Source of the DNA: a bacterium | GTDB taxonomy: Bacteria; Babelota; Babeliae; Babelales; RVW-14 | Length of the DNA: 64,000 bases | Assembly (NCBI GenBank): GCA_043822925.1 | Contig: JBDRBF010000041.1 | Coordinates: 1-64,000, forward strand | Direction: 5' to 3' | Part shown: positions 50,138 through 59,895 of the stretch, piece after piece | Layout: every line of letters starts with the position of its first letter | Position numbering within the stretch: the stretch's first letter is position 1 | Made by a program: the position numbers and the translations under genes | The notes under the pieces: generated by a model | What the model was told of the DNA's origin: nothing | What the model saw: only the letters and a program-made list of their open reading frames with translations | Database searches by the model: none

Positions 50138-50213
50138 TGGAGCCCGCGACCGGGATTGAACCGGTGACCTCTCCCTTACCAAGGAAGTGCTCTACCAACT
50201 GAGCTACGTGGGC
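50138..50213 (-). tRNA. tRNA-Thr(GGT)
   Basis: cttcc-ttGGTaa-gggag; CCA end. Confidence 0.95.
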
Positions 50214-50419
50214 AACAATTTATGCCTATAAACAATCAATCCACATAATCCACAAATCTATAAGGCAACCAATCATTAAATATCGATATAAAACACTCTT
50301 TGTTTTTATATCTCATAATCTAATTAGAATCTTAAAAAATTTAGCACATTCCAACGGTTATAACAAGCACTATTTACATTGCAAAACACAATTTACACCG
50401 AAAGAACATGTCTTATTCA

Positions 50420-50495
50420 TGGAGCTGGCAACTGGACTCGAACCAGCGACCTGCTGATTACAAATCAGCTGCTCTACCAACTGAGCTATGCCAGC
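50420..50495 (-). tRNA. tRNA-Thr(TGT)
   Basis: gctga-ttTGTaa-tcagc; CCA end. Confidence 0.95.
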
Positions 50496-50503
50496 ACTCG
50501 TTC

Positions 50504-50580
50504 TGGAGCGGGAAACGGGGCTCGAACCCGCAACCTACAGCTTGGAAGGCTGTCGCTCTAGCCAATTGAGCTATTCCCGC
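50504..50580 (-). tRNA. tRNA-Gly(TCC)
   Basis: acagc-ctTCCaa-gctgt; CCA end. Confidence 0.95.
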
Positions 50581-50637
50581 TTATAAAATTTCTATTTCAA
50601 TAGCATTTAACTGCACCAATCATCTTTTCCAAAGAGA

Positions 50638-50722
50638 TGGTGGGGAGAACAGGATTCGAACCTGTGAAGGCGTAGCCAACGGATTTACAGTCCGTCCCCT
50701 TTGACCGCTCGGGAATCTCCCC
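50638..50722 (-). tRNA. tRNA-Tyr(GTA)
   Basis: acgga-ctGTAaa-tccgt, long variable arm, CCA end. Confidence 0.95.
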
Positions 50723-50918
50723 TATTTATATATATTTCACACCTAAAAACCGAGAATCTCACAATAAAAACAACGCTTTAGCGCCACCTACTGCAGGTAC
50801 CGACTATAGGCACTCTTATTCAAGTGACAATAATGATAAATGCTTTAATCAAAGATTTCAACTTTTAAATTAAATTTTTCACGCTTTTTACCACATTTAC
50901 TAATCACACAGTCTTAAA

Positions 50919-51383
50919 CTAAAACTTCACAACCCTTTTATGTATATTTTCATTGTGATAAGAAATATCGATTTTACGTACTTTTTCATACAATGCAAGA
51001 GATTCTAATAACGAACTTATAATTTCTGGCCATTCGATAAAATTAAAAGTGTTTGGAGCGCACAAAAACTCATCAAATCCCGCATGCACAAATGACTCCA
51101 AAGAATCAAGACGATAAAGATCAAAATGATTGTAAGTCACACCGCCAGATCCTTTATAGCTTTTTACATAACCAAAAGTCGGACTATTTACAACCTCTGT
51201 AACGCCACACTGCTTTAATATTTCTTTAATAATTGTTGTTTTCCCCGCACCTAATGGGCCATTGAATGCAAAAATTGCATGTGTTTTCAAACACGGCACA
51301 AATCCCTCTTTTACTACTACTTCAAGTTGATCAAAAGAAAATACAATCTCTACTTCTTCTTTAACCTGCTTTATATTCTTCAT
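50919..51383 (-). CDS. tsaE: tRNA t6A biosynthesis ATPase TsaE
   Basis: GPLGAGKTT, VNSPTF, HFDLYRL, IEWPE. Confidence 0.93.
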   Translation of the reverse strand: MKNIKQVKEEVEIVFSFDQLEVVVKEGFVPCLKTHAIFAFNGPLGAGKTTIIKEILKQCGVTEVVNSPTFGYVKSYKGSGGVTYNHFDLYRLDSLESFVHAGFDEFLCAPNTFNFIEWPEIISSLLESLALYEKVRKIDISYHNENIHKRVVKF

Positions 51384-51399
51384 AATCTCACACATATTA

Positions 51400-52041
51400 T
51401 TATCGTATTTTTTTCAGAACAGAATAAATCTTACGCTCTTGCTTAGATAACTTCGTTGAACTTTTATTTATTTTCTTATTAATTAATTCATCGTCACTCT
51501 TTTTATCTTTTACAAAAATATGAAAACTAGCTTGCTCCATCAACAAATCAAGCGCCTTGCTGTCAATTTTTCCTTGACCAACAACATCTTGATCATGCTT
51601 AAACTTTTTAAATTCAGAAGAAACTTCAAGAGAACTTTTACACTCTTGCCCTTTTATTATACTATCTTTAACAATCGCATAAAACTCAAAAACGTCCATA
51701 GAAACTGTATTATATTTTTCACATCGCCGAATAAGTTCACGGTCAAGTGTTACGAGTAGTTTTTCTTGATCTTTATATCTTTCTACGTATTCCTCAATCC
51801 AGTCATCAGCGGTACTTTTTTGCCCAGAAAACATTACAACAACACCGCCACAAACATCTCGTGTAGCATGAGAACAAGGCCCAGCATCAAACACTACAAT
51901 CACATCTTTAAGCTCTTGCCCCTTTTTTTGCCTATAATATGCCAAAAACTTAACAAAATGCTTTCGTTGCCCTTCCAGGCAACCCTTGACTCGCGGGTAC
52001 ACTTGCCGCAACAAATTATAGCCATCTATAATTATAATCAT
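51400..52041 (-). CDS. NYN-domain (YacP/Rae1-like) ribonuclease
   Basis: IIDGYNL, VVFDA, TADDWI, VTLDREL. Confidence 0.85.
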   Translation of the reverse strand: MIIIIDGYNLLRQVYPRVKGCLEGQRKHFVKFLAYYRQKKGQELKDVIVVFDAGPCSHATRDVCGGVVVMFSGQKSTADDWIEEYVERYKDQEKLLVTLDRELIRRCEKYNTVSMDVFEFYAIVKDSIIKGQECKSSLEVSSEFKKFKHDQDVVGQGKIDSKALDLLMEQASFHIFVKDKKSDDELINKKINKSSTKLSKQERKIYSVLKKIR

Positions 52042-52232
52042 AAAAAACCACACTATAACTCAAATACTCACTTTTATACTACCCTATGCTAGTTTAGCAT
52101 AATGAACAGGAACAAAAGAACATTGTTACTCTTTTCATTTGTAAAACAAGTTTTTTTTGACTACTTTAATGCTATAAACATTAAACGTTCAACCAACCTC
52201 TCTTTCAAATGCTAAGAAAATAAGGAAATATA

Positions 52233-53183
52233 GTGTCGCAACTTATACAATTACGACAAAAAATCAAAGCCATCAAAAATACCCAAAAAATAACACACGC
52301 CGTTCGATTAGTATCTATGTCTTTATACGCTAAACTCGAAAAAAAACACATAGCATTACGATATTACATGCAAAATATTAAAAAACTTTTTGCCCAGACC
52401 ATTGTGCAAGTTCCCAAATGGAAAAATCCACTTCTCTTTCCTGATGACATTTGCGATAAAAACCCACTTTTTGTTATTGTTTCTACTTCAAAGGGATTAT
52501 GCGGAAGCTTAAATCAAAATCTTTTTCATTACATCGACCAATCACTTACTATCGATCCAAAACAAACCCCTCACTTTATAACCATTGGCAAAAAAGCAAT
52601 CAACTTTTTACAACCAAAATATCCAGACAATATTTTATGTAATTATACTGAATTAAACTCAAACAATTACACTATCATAGCAAGCGATCTAATAGATAAA
52701 ATCATGCTTGGACCCATTAAATTTTCATCGGTAACATTTTACAGCAGCCAACTCAAAAACACCTTTTTCGTACAAATGCCGAAAAAATCAACCCTCATCC
52801 CGTTTGTATACGATGAATTAGAAGAAAAATTAGATAAAAACGAAAAAGCATCGAAAACGACTCAAATAAGCACAAAAGCTGAAAATGAAGACATTAAAGA
52901 TCTGCAAACTCCTACATCAGAATTAAAAAACACAGATCTCATTTGGGAGCAAGATTTTGTTGAAACTCTCGATTATTTAGCGACATGCTACGTAAAAGAA
53001 TTTATCACGAATTTACTCTATCAAGGTCTTTTAGCTGAGCAAGCTGCACGATTTATAGCAATGGACGGTTCAACAACCAATGCCAATAAATATCTAGAAA
53101 AACTTACCTTAATCTATAATAAACAAAGACAAGCGCTGATAACCCGCGAAGTTTCCGAACTATCAGCTGCCTCAGCAAAATAA
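52233..53183 (+). CDS. atpG: ATP synthase F1 gamma subunit (orphan)
   Basis: IKAIKNTQKITHAVRLVS, KGLCGSLN, EQAARFIAMD.ST.NA, YNKQRQALITREVSE. Confidence 0.92.
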   Translation: MSQLIQLRQKIKAIKNTQKITHAVRLVSMSLYAKLEKKHIALRYYMQNIKKLFAQTIVQVPKWKNPLLFPDDICDKNPLFVIVSTSKGLCGSLNQNLFHYIDQSLTIDPKQTPHFITIGKKAINFLQPKYPDNILCNYTELNSNNYTIIASDLIDKIMLGPIKFSSVTFYSSQLKNTFFVQMPKKSTLIPFVYDELEEKLDKNEKASKTTQISTKAENEDIKDLQTPTSELKNTDLIWEQDFVETLDYLATCYVKEFITNLLYQGLLAEQAARFIAMDGSTTNANKYLEKLTLIYNKQRQALITREVSELSAASAK

Positions 53184-53226
53184 TATTAAAGTTACGTAAA
53201 TAAGTTATAGAGCGACAGAGCAGAAA

Positions 53227-54534
53227 CTACTCGCTCTTAGAAGAAAACAACGTTATATGTGCTCCTAAAACATGTAGCTTTTCTTCAAGATTATCATACC
53301 CGCGTCTCCAATGATGATCCCCTATAATTTTTGTTTCGCCTTCAGCAACAAAACCAGCCAAAACCAACGCACACGAAGCTCGAATATCAGTCGCAATAAC
53401 TTCGCACCCATATAAATGATCAACACCTCTAATCACAGCTTTAGAGCCCTTGAGCGTAATTTGCGCCCCCATTTTCTGCAACTCTTGAACATGAATAAGT
53501 CTATTCTCAAAAACAGTTTCTTCTACCGTACTTGTCCCATTCGCCAAACACAATGCAGCCATAAGCGGGGCCTGCAAATCTGTTGGAAAACAAGGATAAG
53601 GCCCCGTTTTAACAGAAATAGCACGAGGCTCTCTCGTTGCTTGTAAACGGATACCCTGTAAAGGCAACTCTTGTGTTGCATTTGTCCCGCATGTGATTAA
53701 ATGACCCATTTCTTTTAGTTTTTCTAAAAACGTATCCATATGATCAGCTCGTGCAGTAGGTAAATCAATAGTGCCACCGGTCATAGCAGCGCTTAATAAA
53801 ACAGCTCCAGCTTCAAGGCGATCAGGGATCACCGAATGTTCTACACCAGACAAGACATCAACGCCTTGAATAGTTATAATAGAGCCTTCATAAACTATCT
53901 TAGCGCCCATTTTTCTTAGTAAATCAATTAAATCAAGCACTTCTGGCTCAAGAGCTGCATTAACAATAACAGTCAGTCCTGGCTGTAGAGTTGCAAACAT
54001 CATAATATTTTCCGTTGCCCCAACGCTTGGATATTCAAGAACTATGCGTCGAGACAAATTTAAACCAGTACCTGCTATCTCTGCATCAAGAAACGGGATA
54101 TTGTCTTCAGTCTTTACACCCATCTGCCGAAAGCCCTTTAAATGATAATCGATTGGACGTGCGCCTATTAAACACCCGCCAGGCAAAGCAACTTTAGCTT
54201 TACCAAAACGAGCCAGAAGTGGCCCCATAACAAGAATAGACGCCCGCATCTTATTCATAATTTCAGGCTTTACTTCAAAACTGTTAATACTTGAAGTGTC
54301 AGCTATCAATATTTTAGCTTTCGCATCAAATTCTATATGAGCACCCAAATCACGCAACAGCATAATCATATACTGAACATCCACAGAGCTGGGTACATTA
54401 GAAATTATTGATTTGCCCCGGGTCAAAATTAACGATGCGATAATAACAAGCACCGCATTTTTTGCCCCAACCAATTCGACAGATCCATTTATGACAGGAG
54501 ACTTACGAACAAGAAGATATCCGTGTGCTGGCAT
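53227..54534 (-). CDS. murA: UDP-N-acetylglucosamine 1-carboxyvinyltransferase
   Basis: GAKNA, MRASILVMGPLLAR, PGGCLIGARP (Cys-type active site), FPTDLQ, RGY. Confidence 0.97.
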   Translation of the reverse strand: MPAHGYLLVRKSPVINGSVELVGAKNAVLVIIASLILTRGKSIISNVPSSVDVQYMIMLLRDLGAHIEFDAKAKILIADTSSINSFEVKPEIMNKMRASILVMGPLLARFGKAKVALPGGCLIGARPIDYHLKGFRQMGVKTEDNIPFLDAEIAGTGLNLSRRIVLEYPSVGATENIMMFATLQPGLTVIVNAALEPEVLDLIDLLRKMGAKIVYEGSIITIQGVDVLSGVEHSVIPDRLEAGAVLLSAAMTGGTIDLPTARADHMDTFLEKLKEMGHLITCGTNATQELPLQGIRLQATREPRAISVKTGPYPCFPTDLQAPLMAALCLANGTSTVEETVFENRLIHVQELQKMGAQITLKGSKAVIRGVDHLYGCEVIATDIRASCALVLAGFVAEGETKIIGDHHWRRGYDNLEEKLHVLGAHITLFSSKSE

Positions 54535-54675
54535 ATGAATTCCTATAAATTTACTTTTCTCTATTTTATGTCAAACTTAATTACACTTTTTATTATAATT
54601 TTCTTATTATAAAAGGCTTTTATTACACCACATTTTAAATATATTTTAAATAAAAACTTTTGGAAACTTTTAACT

Positions 54676-55443
54676 ATGCTTAAAAATAAAAAAATTGCCT
54701 GCATTATTCCAGCTCGTCTGGCTTCAACACGCTTTCCACGTAAAATGCTTGCTACTATACTCGGCAAACCACTTCTCGAATGGGTATGGATCGCAACTCA
54801 GCAAGTAAAACATTTTGATTACGTCGGGTTCGCAATAGACTCTCAAGAAACAGAAGCTATTATAAAAAAAATAACACCTAATTACATTATGACATCGCCT
54901 GAATGCCCATCAGGGACAGACCGTATTATTGAAGTTCTCAATACAAACAAGATAGAAGCTGATATTTGGGTAAATTGGCAAGGTGACGAACCATTCATCT
55001 CACCAGCCATGATCGATACACTTTTACAGTCAATAGACAACCCTTCAAATAAGCCAAACCAAATTTGGACCCTAAAAAAGAAAATATGTAACGAAAACGA
55101 GATACCTTCTCCAAACTTTGCCAAAGTAGTATGCGACATCAACGATAATGCGCTCTATTTTTCGCGTAGCGCAATCCCGTTCTACCGAGAACCTCTTAAT
55201 AGCCCAGAAAAAACATACTACAAACACGTTGGCATTTATGCATATACACCGCAAGCTCTCAAAGAGATAGAGCAAATGGCCCCAAGTCCACTGGAAGACG
55301 CTGAAAAACTTGAGCAACTGAGATACATACAAAACGGGCTATCGATTAAAATACACGAAACTAACGAAGAAGTTATCGGCATAGATATCCCAGAACATCT
55401 TGAGGCAGCAACCGAACGCATGCGCAAACAACTCGGATTATAA
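54676..55443 (+). CDS. kdsB: 3-deoxy-manno-octulosonate cytidylyltransferase
   Basis: IPARLASTRFP.K, SGTDR, QGDEP, ALYFSRS.IP, HVGIYAY, EKLEQLR. Confidence 0.95.
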   Translation: MLKNKKIACIIPARLASTRFPRKMLATILGKPLLEWVWIATQQVKHFDYVGFAIDSQETEAIIKKITPNYIMTSPECPSGTDRIIEVLNTNKIEADIWVNWQGDEPFISPAMIDTLLQSIDNPSNKPNQIWTLKKKICNENEIPSPNFAKVVCDINDNALYFSRSAIPFYREPLNSPEKTYYKHVGIYAYTPQALKEIEQMAPSPLEDAEKLEQLRYIQNGLSIKIHETNEEVIGIDIPEHLEAATERMRKQLGL

Positions 55444-55563
55444 CAGCAACTATAAAAATAATTTCTAAAAGAAAACTTTGCGAGCATTTTAAAAGCACCA
55501 CAAGACTCTTCACGGCTTAAGCCTCAGTTTACGTTAAAACTCAGCTTGTTAAATCTCGAGTTA

Positions 55564-55593
55564 TTGACTTCTTTCTGTTTAACACGCTACAAT
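55564..55593 (+). promoter_or_regulatory. Sigma70-type promoter
   Basis: TTGACT-18 bp-TACAAT; conserved upstream of the paralog at 57143. Confidence 0.6.
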
Positions 55594-55666
55594 AACATTC
55601 ATAAATCTTAAATGCCCGGGGTGGGTCATTAAAAAACACAGTAAATTAGATATAGAAAGGCTCGAT

Positions 55667-56986
55667 ATGTTTAGCGTAGCCAAAAAAACAATACTCGCAA
55701 TATCACTTATTTTTTCACTTATGTGCAGAGAAATTTCCCCAATAGATTCACAAATTTTAACAATAAACTCCCAAACACCCCCTGACAATCAAAAAAACAT
55801 AGATTTAACAGATTGCCCAATAACCCCAAGCATAGATTCAACCCAAAACCCAACCATGAAAAATACACCAAGAATATTCAACATGAGCTCTCTCTTAAAT
55901 ATGATTCGCGACTCAAAAGGTGCTTTAGATTTCCAACGTCTATCAAAAAGAGACGAAATAATAATCGCTCTGGGAGAACTTGTAAAAAATGACTTTTTCC
56001 CAAAAAACTTCGATAACAACTTAATACTTGACCCAAATGTCTATGGGGATCAAGAAAAAATCTTACAGTTAATCGAATATCTAGATAACAATAAAAACAA
56101 CTCCGCAAGCACAGAGCTTTTGGACCATTTAAACGAATTTTACCATATCTGGCTGTATCAATTTATTATCAGCGACATACTTATGCCTAAAGATCTTTCT
56201 ATCTCACTAAATACGTACTATGACGAACTTTATAATAAAAAAATAATAACACAAAAAAATGACCCGATTTTCCCATTCAGAACAACACTAGCAAAAATCA
56301 TGATCTATATTTTAATCATTAATGGCAGTAACGATTCTTATCGCGTCAAACAACAAAACCTCGTTTATTTATTAAATATCATCAAAAACGAATTAATTGA
56401 GATAAATGACAAACTAAAAAATCAAATACCTGAACAAAACATTATCGAACTCATCAAGACACTACAAGCACATACTCTTGACGTCCCAGCCATTCAACCT
56501 AAAAATGTAAGAAAATGGGTAATCGGAGGAACAGTTATTGTCACAGCAACTGTTTTAACTTATGTTTTAATGCAAGAACCAGTCCAAGACTATATAAAAA
56601 ATAAATACCAAAAAGCTAAAGCCGAAGTAAAAGACTGGATCAAAGAAGTAGTGAGAGAATTTGGTAAAGAATTAACCAATGGTATCTTGGAAAATGAAGA
56701 ATTTCAAAAAGCTCTAGATCAAAGCGCTGAAAAAGTATCTCAAAAGGTAGGCAAAGGGGTTGTAATCGGGCTAAACGAAGGGGCAAAAGAAGTAGGATCA
56801 GAAGCTGTAAACACAATCGTGGAAAAAACAAAAGCATTGGGAAATGGGATAAAAAATGGGGCCTCTGACGCATGGGACAAAACCAAAGAATGCGTCGTTA
56901 GCACTAAAGATTTCATAAAAAATTGGTTGAGCCCTAAAAACCAAGAAACAACCCCCGATCAAACACCAACTACAACAAATCAATAA
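55667..56986 (+). CDS. Hypothetical exported/membrane-anchored protein, paralog 1
   Basis: Signal peptide, N-terminal domain shared with the 57289 gene, one TM, helical tail. Confidence 0.7.
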   Translation: MFSVAKKTILAISLIFSLMCREISPIDSQILTINSQTPPDNQKNIDLTDCPITPSIDSTQNPTMKNTPRIFNMSSLLNMIRDSKGALDFQRLSKRDEIIIALGELVKNDFFPKNFDNNLILDPNVYGDQEKILQLIEYLDNNKNNSASTELLDHLNEFYHIWLYQFIISDILMPKDLSISLNTYYDELYNKKIITQKNDPIFPFRTTLAKIMIYILIINGSNDSYRVKQQNLVYLLNIIKNELIEINDKLKNQIPEQNIIELIKTLQAHTLDVPAIQPKNVRKWVIGGTVIVTATVLTYVLMQEPVQDYIKNKYQKAKAEVKDWIKEVVREFGKELTNGILENEEFQKALDQSAEKVSQKVGKGVVIGLNEGAKEVGSEAVNTIVEKTKALGNGIKNGASDAWDKTKECVVSTKDFIKNWLSPKNQETTPDQTPTTTNQ

Positions 56987-57021
56987 TAAAAAATTAAAAG
57001 CCTACCTAATTTCTAAACACA

Positions 57022-57060
57022 AATCCCTGATATGCATCAAAAAAGCGCATATCAGGGATT
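57022..57060 (+). terminator. Hairpin after paralog 1
   Basis: aatccctgatatgc...gcatatcagggatt. Confidence 0.7.
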
Positions 57061-57142
57061 AACTTTTCAATACACTATCTCGTTACAAGTAAAAGATAAA
57101 CTCAAACAAACAAGCCCATTTAATCAGTTAAATCTCCACTTA

Positions 57143-57172
57143 TTGACAGGCTTCTACTTAACGCGATACAAT
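57143..57172 (+). promoter_or_regulatory. Sigma70-type promoter
   Basis: TTGACA-18 bp-TACAAT. Confidence 0.65.
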
Positions 57173-57288
57173 AAATGCCCAATCTAAAAAACTCTTTAAA
57201 TAAATATTTTTGAATATTTAGCAACACGCTACTCTTATAAAAAATATAAACACTAAATTAAGCTTAATTAATAACAGAAAGACTCAAT

Positions 57289-59037
57289 ATGTTCAAAGTA
57301 GCCAAAAAAATAATACTCACAGTTTCTCTTATATTTTTGTTTATATGGGCACAAACTTTACCTGCCGATCAAAAAAATAATATAGATCTAACCAGATGCC
57401 CAATAACCCCAAGCGCAGAATCCATACAAAACTCAACCATAAAAAATACGCCGAAAATTTTCAACTTAAACGCCCTATTAAATCTCGTTCGCGACTCAAA
57501 GGGAGCTTTAGATATTCAGCGCCAATCAAAAAGAAATGAAATAATCTCTACAATTGGTGAATACATAAAAAACGACTTTTTCCCAAAAAACTTTAATGTC
57601 AACCTAATATTTGACCCAAACATTTACGGCGATCAGGAAAAAATTTTACAGTTAATAGAATACCTAGAAAACAACACCAATAACCCATCCAGCGCAGAAT
57701 TACTAAGCATATTTAACGAGTTTTACCATGTCTGGCTATATCAATTTATTTTAAGCTACACAAGTATGCCTAAAGATCTTTCTGTGCCCCTCAATACATA
57801 CTATGACGAACTTTATAATAAAAAAATTAACGCACCGAACAATAATCCAGCCTTCCCGTTTAGAACAACTCTATCAAAAATCATGATCTATATTTTAATC
57901 ATCAATGATAGCAGCAGCAAAGATCCGTACCGTGTCAGACAAGAAAATTTTGTCTATTTATTAAATATTATTAAACAAGAATTGATTGAGATAAATAAAA
58001 AACTAAATGATCAAATCAAAGAACAAAATATTATTGACCTAATCGAAACACTACAAATACATGCTTTTGATGAACCGACCCTACAACCTAAAAACATAAA
58101 AAAATACGTCATTTACAGTTCTCTTATAATAACAATAGCAATTATATGCTATATAGCTTATGACAATGACCTTCGAGAACGATTAAAAACATCTATAAGT
58201 GAATTTTGGCTATGGGACGTCTTAAAAGAAAAAGCGGGAAACATTGTTGAATTTATCGCAGAAAAATTCTTTGATGTTGCTGAACGACGTGCGGCAAAAA
58301 CTGGCCAAAACTTTACAGCCGGCGCCATAAAAGGTGTTGCCCAAGGTAAAAACAAAACAGAGCCAAACCAGACAGCAAATCCCAGTGCAATCAAAACTGA
58401 AAAAGAACCCAACGCAATAGACCATTATAAAGAAAAAGCAGAAGACATCGCTAAATTTACCTCGGAAAAATTCTTTGATGTCGCTGAACGGCGAGAAACC
58501 AAAACGGTGCAAAATCTTGCTAACAGTAACATAAGGGGGATTGAATCTAACGAAGTTAAAACAAAAAACGACATAAAAATAAACCCTGACATTGAATTAC
58601 TCTTGGAACGCTTAGAAAAAACATGTCCAAATATTGGTCAAAAAATTATTGATGGCATACTTCATAAGATCGATTTTCCAGATGAACCTAATCCAAAACT
58701 TGAACTCTTGCTTCAAGGCCTTTTAACAGAAAAAAATCTAAAATTATTAGACGAAGCAGGACTTAGAGCCGGAGACAATTTATTAAACAATCTTCCTGGT
58801 TGGGCAGGCGGCGGCAAAGGCCACAAAATAGAACCCACCGCTCAACAAAATAACAGCGTTACCCAACCAAACATTGCCACACAAAACATGAACCCAAATA
58901 AAAATACACAGCCTATAAACCCTGCAAACGTGCAATCGCAATCTTCTTGGAAAATTCTTCACCCAACAACCTGGCCCATTTTTAAACCCAACGAGGTAAG
59001 CGAAGCTGACATCAAAAAACAGGCTTGCCTTCAATAA
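57289..59037 (+). CDS. Hypothetical exported/membrane-anchored protein, paralog 2
   Basis: NIDLT.CPITPS...YGDQEKILQLIEYL...FPFRTTL shared with paralog 1; different C-terminus. Confidence 0.7.
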   Translation: MFKVAKKIILTVSLIFLFIWAQTLPADQKNNIDLTRCPITPSAESIQNSTIKNTPKIFNLNALLNLVRDSKGALDIQRQSKRNEIISTIGEYIKNDFFPKNFNVNLIFDPNIYGDQEKILQLIEYLENNTNNPSSAELLSIFNEFYHVWLYQFILSYTSMPKDLSVPLNTYYDELYNKKINAPNNNPAFPFRTTLSKIMIYILIINDSSSKDPYRVRQENFVYLLNIIKQELIEINKKLNDQIKEQNIIDLIETLQIHAFDEPTLQPKNIKKYVIYSSLIITIAIICYIAYDNDLRERLKTSISEFWLWDVLKEKAGNIVEFIAEKFFDVAERRAAKTGQNFTAGAIKGVAQGKNKTEPNQTANPSAIKTEKEPNAIDHYKEKAEDIAKFTSEKFFDVAERRETKTVQNLANSNIRGIESNEVKTKNDIKINPDIELLLERLEKTCPNIGQKIIDGILHKIDFPDEPNPKLELLLQGLLTEKNLKLLDEAGLRAGDNLLNNLPGWAGGGKGHKIEPTAQQNNSVTQPNIATQNMNPNKNTQPINPANVQSQSSWKILHPTTWPIFKPNEVSEADIKKQACLQ

Positions 59038-59084
59038 TTTACTTATAATTAGTAGTTAAAAAGCCAAAGCTTTTTGCAAACACA

Positions 59085-59126
59085 AATCCCTGATATACTT
59101 CAAAAAAACATCGTATATCAGGGATT
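59085..59126 (+). terminator. Hairpin after paralog 2
   Basis: aatccctgatatac...gtatatcagggatt, homologous to the 57022 hairpin. Confidence 0.7.
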
Positions 59127-59154
59127 AAATTTTGGAATAAAACTGGAGAAAAAA

Positions 59155-59799
59155 GTGAAGACAAACATAAGACAAAAAGGGTCTCTGGAGGTCGTCTGTG
59201 GCTCAATGTTTTCAGGAAAAACAGAAGAACTTATGCGGCGCCTAAAACGTGCGGAATTTGCTAAACAAAAAGTTTTGACCATCAAACATTACATCGATGT
59301 TCGAAAAAGCCACACGTGCATCGTCTCTCATGATGGCAAAGAACGCGCAGCTTTCCCAATAGGACAAAACGACACCGGAATTGAGCAAATTTTAGAGCTA
59401 GCAAGCAGTGACATAGATGTAGTAGGCATAGACGAGGTCCAGTTTTTTCCAAGCTCTATCGTCTCAATTGTGTCTTATTTAGTCCAACATGGAAAACGCG
59501 TTATTGTTGCTGGGCTTGATTTAGATTTTCGAGGCGAACCATTTGGCACAACCCCAATTCTTATGTCACTGGCTGACAAAGTAACAAAACTCAAAGCTGT
59601 TTGCGTCGTATGTGCACAAGAAGCACATCATACTCAACGCTTAATTAATGGCAAAGCAGCTAACTATGATGATCCAATAATTTTAGTCAGTGGAACAGAA
59701 TATTACGAAGCCCGCTGTCGCAACTGTTTCCAGATAGATAAACAGCCCAAAATAGACATTTTAATACAAAAAAATAAGATTACGAGTGTCCAAATATAA
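59155..59799 (+). CDS. tdk: Thymidine kinase
   Basis: GSMFSGKTEEL, IDEVQF, AGLDLDFRGEPFG, CVVC...RCRNC; GTG start with GGAG SD. Confidence 0.95.
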   Translation: MKTNIRQKGSLEVVCGSMFSGKTEELMRRLKRAEFAKQKVLTIKHYIDVRKSHTCIVSHDGKERAAFPIGQNDTGIEQILELASSDIDVVGIDEVQFFPSSIVSIVSYLVQHGKRVIVAGLDLDFRGEPFGTTPILMSLADKVTKLKAVCVVCAQEAHHTQRLINGKAANYDDPIILVSGTEYYEARCRNCFQIDKQPKIDILIQKNKITSVQI

Positions 59800-59810
59800 G
59801 AAACTAGATG

Positions 59811-59853
59811 CCCCTTCGACAAGCTTCCCCCTACGCTAAATCTGTCGACGGAC
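59811..59853. repeat. REP-like remnant
   Basis: ccccttcgacaagctt followed by cctacgctaaatctgtcgacggac. Confidence 0.5.
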
Positions 59854-59895
59854 TATGTAGCGCTACAAAAAAACCAAGAACTAACAGGAAAAAAT

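Noticed and set aside
50138-50920. tRNA-anchored genomic island or prophage
   Set aside because: No integrase and no duplicated tRNA 3' end; the flanks are housekeeping genes.
59074-59154. N-terminal extension of thymidine kinase given by the ORF track
   Set aside because: It runs through the upstream hairpin; the GTG at 59155 has a GGAG SD and fits the family start.
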